Under the pieces are notes generated by a model. That model worked only from the letters and a program-made list of their open reading frames with translations, did no database searches and was not told the DNA's origin. The position numbers were made by a program, and so were the translations under genes. Below, piece by piece: positions 63,344 through 64,000 of a stretch of 64,000 bases of DNA. The stretch is from a virus. The stretch is taken from IMG/VR virus record IMGVR_UViG_3300029922_000031, positions 32,001 through 96,000 of that record; one strand, 5' to 3'. Every line of letters starts with the position of its first letter. The stretch's first letter is position 1.

Positions 63344-64000
63344 CGTCGAGTTCCGACGTCGTGCTCGTAAGAAGCAGGTGGACGAGTGCGTCGCCGGCGT
63401 TGGTTAGCTGGTCGGAGGCGGTGTAGCCGTGGGCCGTCTCGATACGCGCGATCAGCTCGGTGATGCGCTCGGAATCGGCCAGCGGCACCTTGAAGCGCAT
63501 GATGGCGTGGGTCTTGGGGACTTTCGCGATCGGCAGTTCAGGTTCTCGCTCCTGCTCTTCCTTGCCGTCGAACTTCCCATCAATGCCCAGCTCATCCAGG
63601 TCTATAGCTTGAGAACTGAAGATCGATGTCAGATCATCATTGTCATACGGGAGGAAGGATTGGATCTCGTTTTCGTTGCCCAGCTCTTTGAGCAGCACGG
63701 CCAGTGCCAGCGTGTCATCGGCGCCGTACCGAGCGTTGTCCGCGAGGGAAATCTCTTTCGCTTCCTTGTCGCTGATCGGCCCCAGGTTGAAGATCGGGAT
63801 GCTGTCGAGTCCGACGCGGACGGCCGACTGAGCCCGATGTTCCCCGCCGATAATCTCGAGACCGATCGCGAACGTGCCGCCATCCTCGATCTCGATCTCC
63901 CGAACGACGACGGGCTTGAAGCACCCGAACCGGCGGATTGAAGCGTCGAGCTTCTGCTCAACCGCAGGTGACATTCGATTCGTATTCCAGGGATTTGGCA
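63336..64000 (-). CDS. ParB/Srx N-terminal domain protein (5'-truncated by the window edge)
   Basis: PNPWNTNRM, IIGGEHRA, ADNARYG. Confidence 0.9.
   Translation of the reverse strand, partial: PNPWNTNRMSPAVEQKLDASIRRFGCFKPVVVREIEIEDGGTFAIGLEIIGGEHRAQSAVRVGLDSIPIFNLGPISDKEAKEISLADNARYGADDTLALAVLLKELGNENEIQSFLPYDNDDLTSIFSSQAIDLDELGIDGKFDGKEEQEREPELPIAKVPKTHAIMRFKVPLADSERITELIARIETAHGYTASDQLTNAGDALVHLLLTSTTSELDDE

Larger units (their letters stand above)
1..64000. mobile_element. Large temperate siphovirus / phage-plasmid (partial), RepC replicon, alphaproteobacterial host
   Basis: Complete head, tail and lysis modules plus replisome genes, repC with ctRNA, and ParB-like genes; no host housekeeping context or integrase seen. 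Confidence 0.9.

Noticed and set aside
1-64000. Integrase/att sites, IS elements, rRNA, prohead protease
   Set aside because: None recognisable in this window; they could lie outside it

Overview
This window is about 64 kb of a large, high-GC temperate siphovirus genome that appears to persist as a phage-plasmid in an alphaproteobacterium. The evidence is a lone repABC-type repC with its antisense ctRNA, a GANTC cluster upstream of it, and no integrase in the window. Every supported gene except repC lies on the minus strand. In transcription order (right to left): a ParB-like x2 / ABC-ATPase / GNAT module; terS; terL interrupted by a LAGLIDADG intein broken into two overlapping ORFs; portal, scaffold and major capsid; neck and tail genes (a -1 frameshifted chaperone, a tape measure protein with an M15 peptidase domain, lambda-like M/L/K/I/J); fibres; a lysis cassette; a T5 A1-like metallophosphoesterase; a collagen/CBM-repeat fibre with an adjacent glycosyltransferase; phoH; an Hfq-like gene fused translationally to helicase, followed by primase; ligase; repC; an XRE repressor; cobT/cobS; a sigma-like factor; a DnaE-UDG fusion; UvsY-like and gp32-like SSB genes; tRNA-Asn; a 5'-3' exonuclease; recA. 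The most notable observations are: (1) a possibly naturally split, endonuclease-bearing terminase intein; (2) a phage-encoded Hfq homologue plus a candidate Hfq-type sRNA; (3) more than 20 copies of a palindromic RRTCA-N4-TGAYY operator over promoters and gene junctions; (4) a second CCGCT-N8-GCTATA promoter class for replication genes. All assignments come from reading motifs by eye; no database searches were run.
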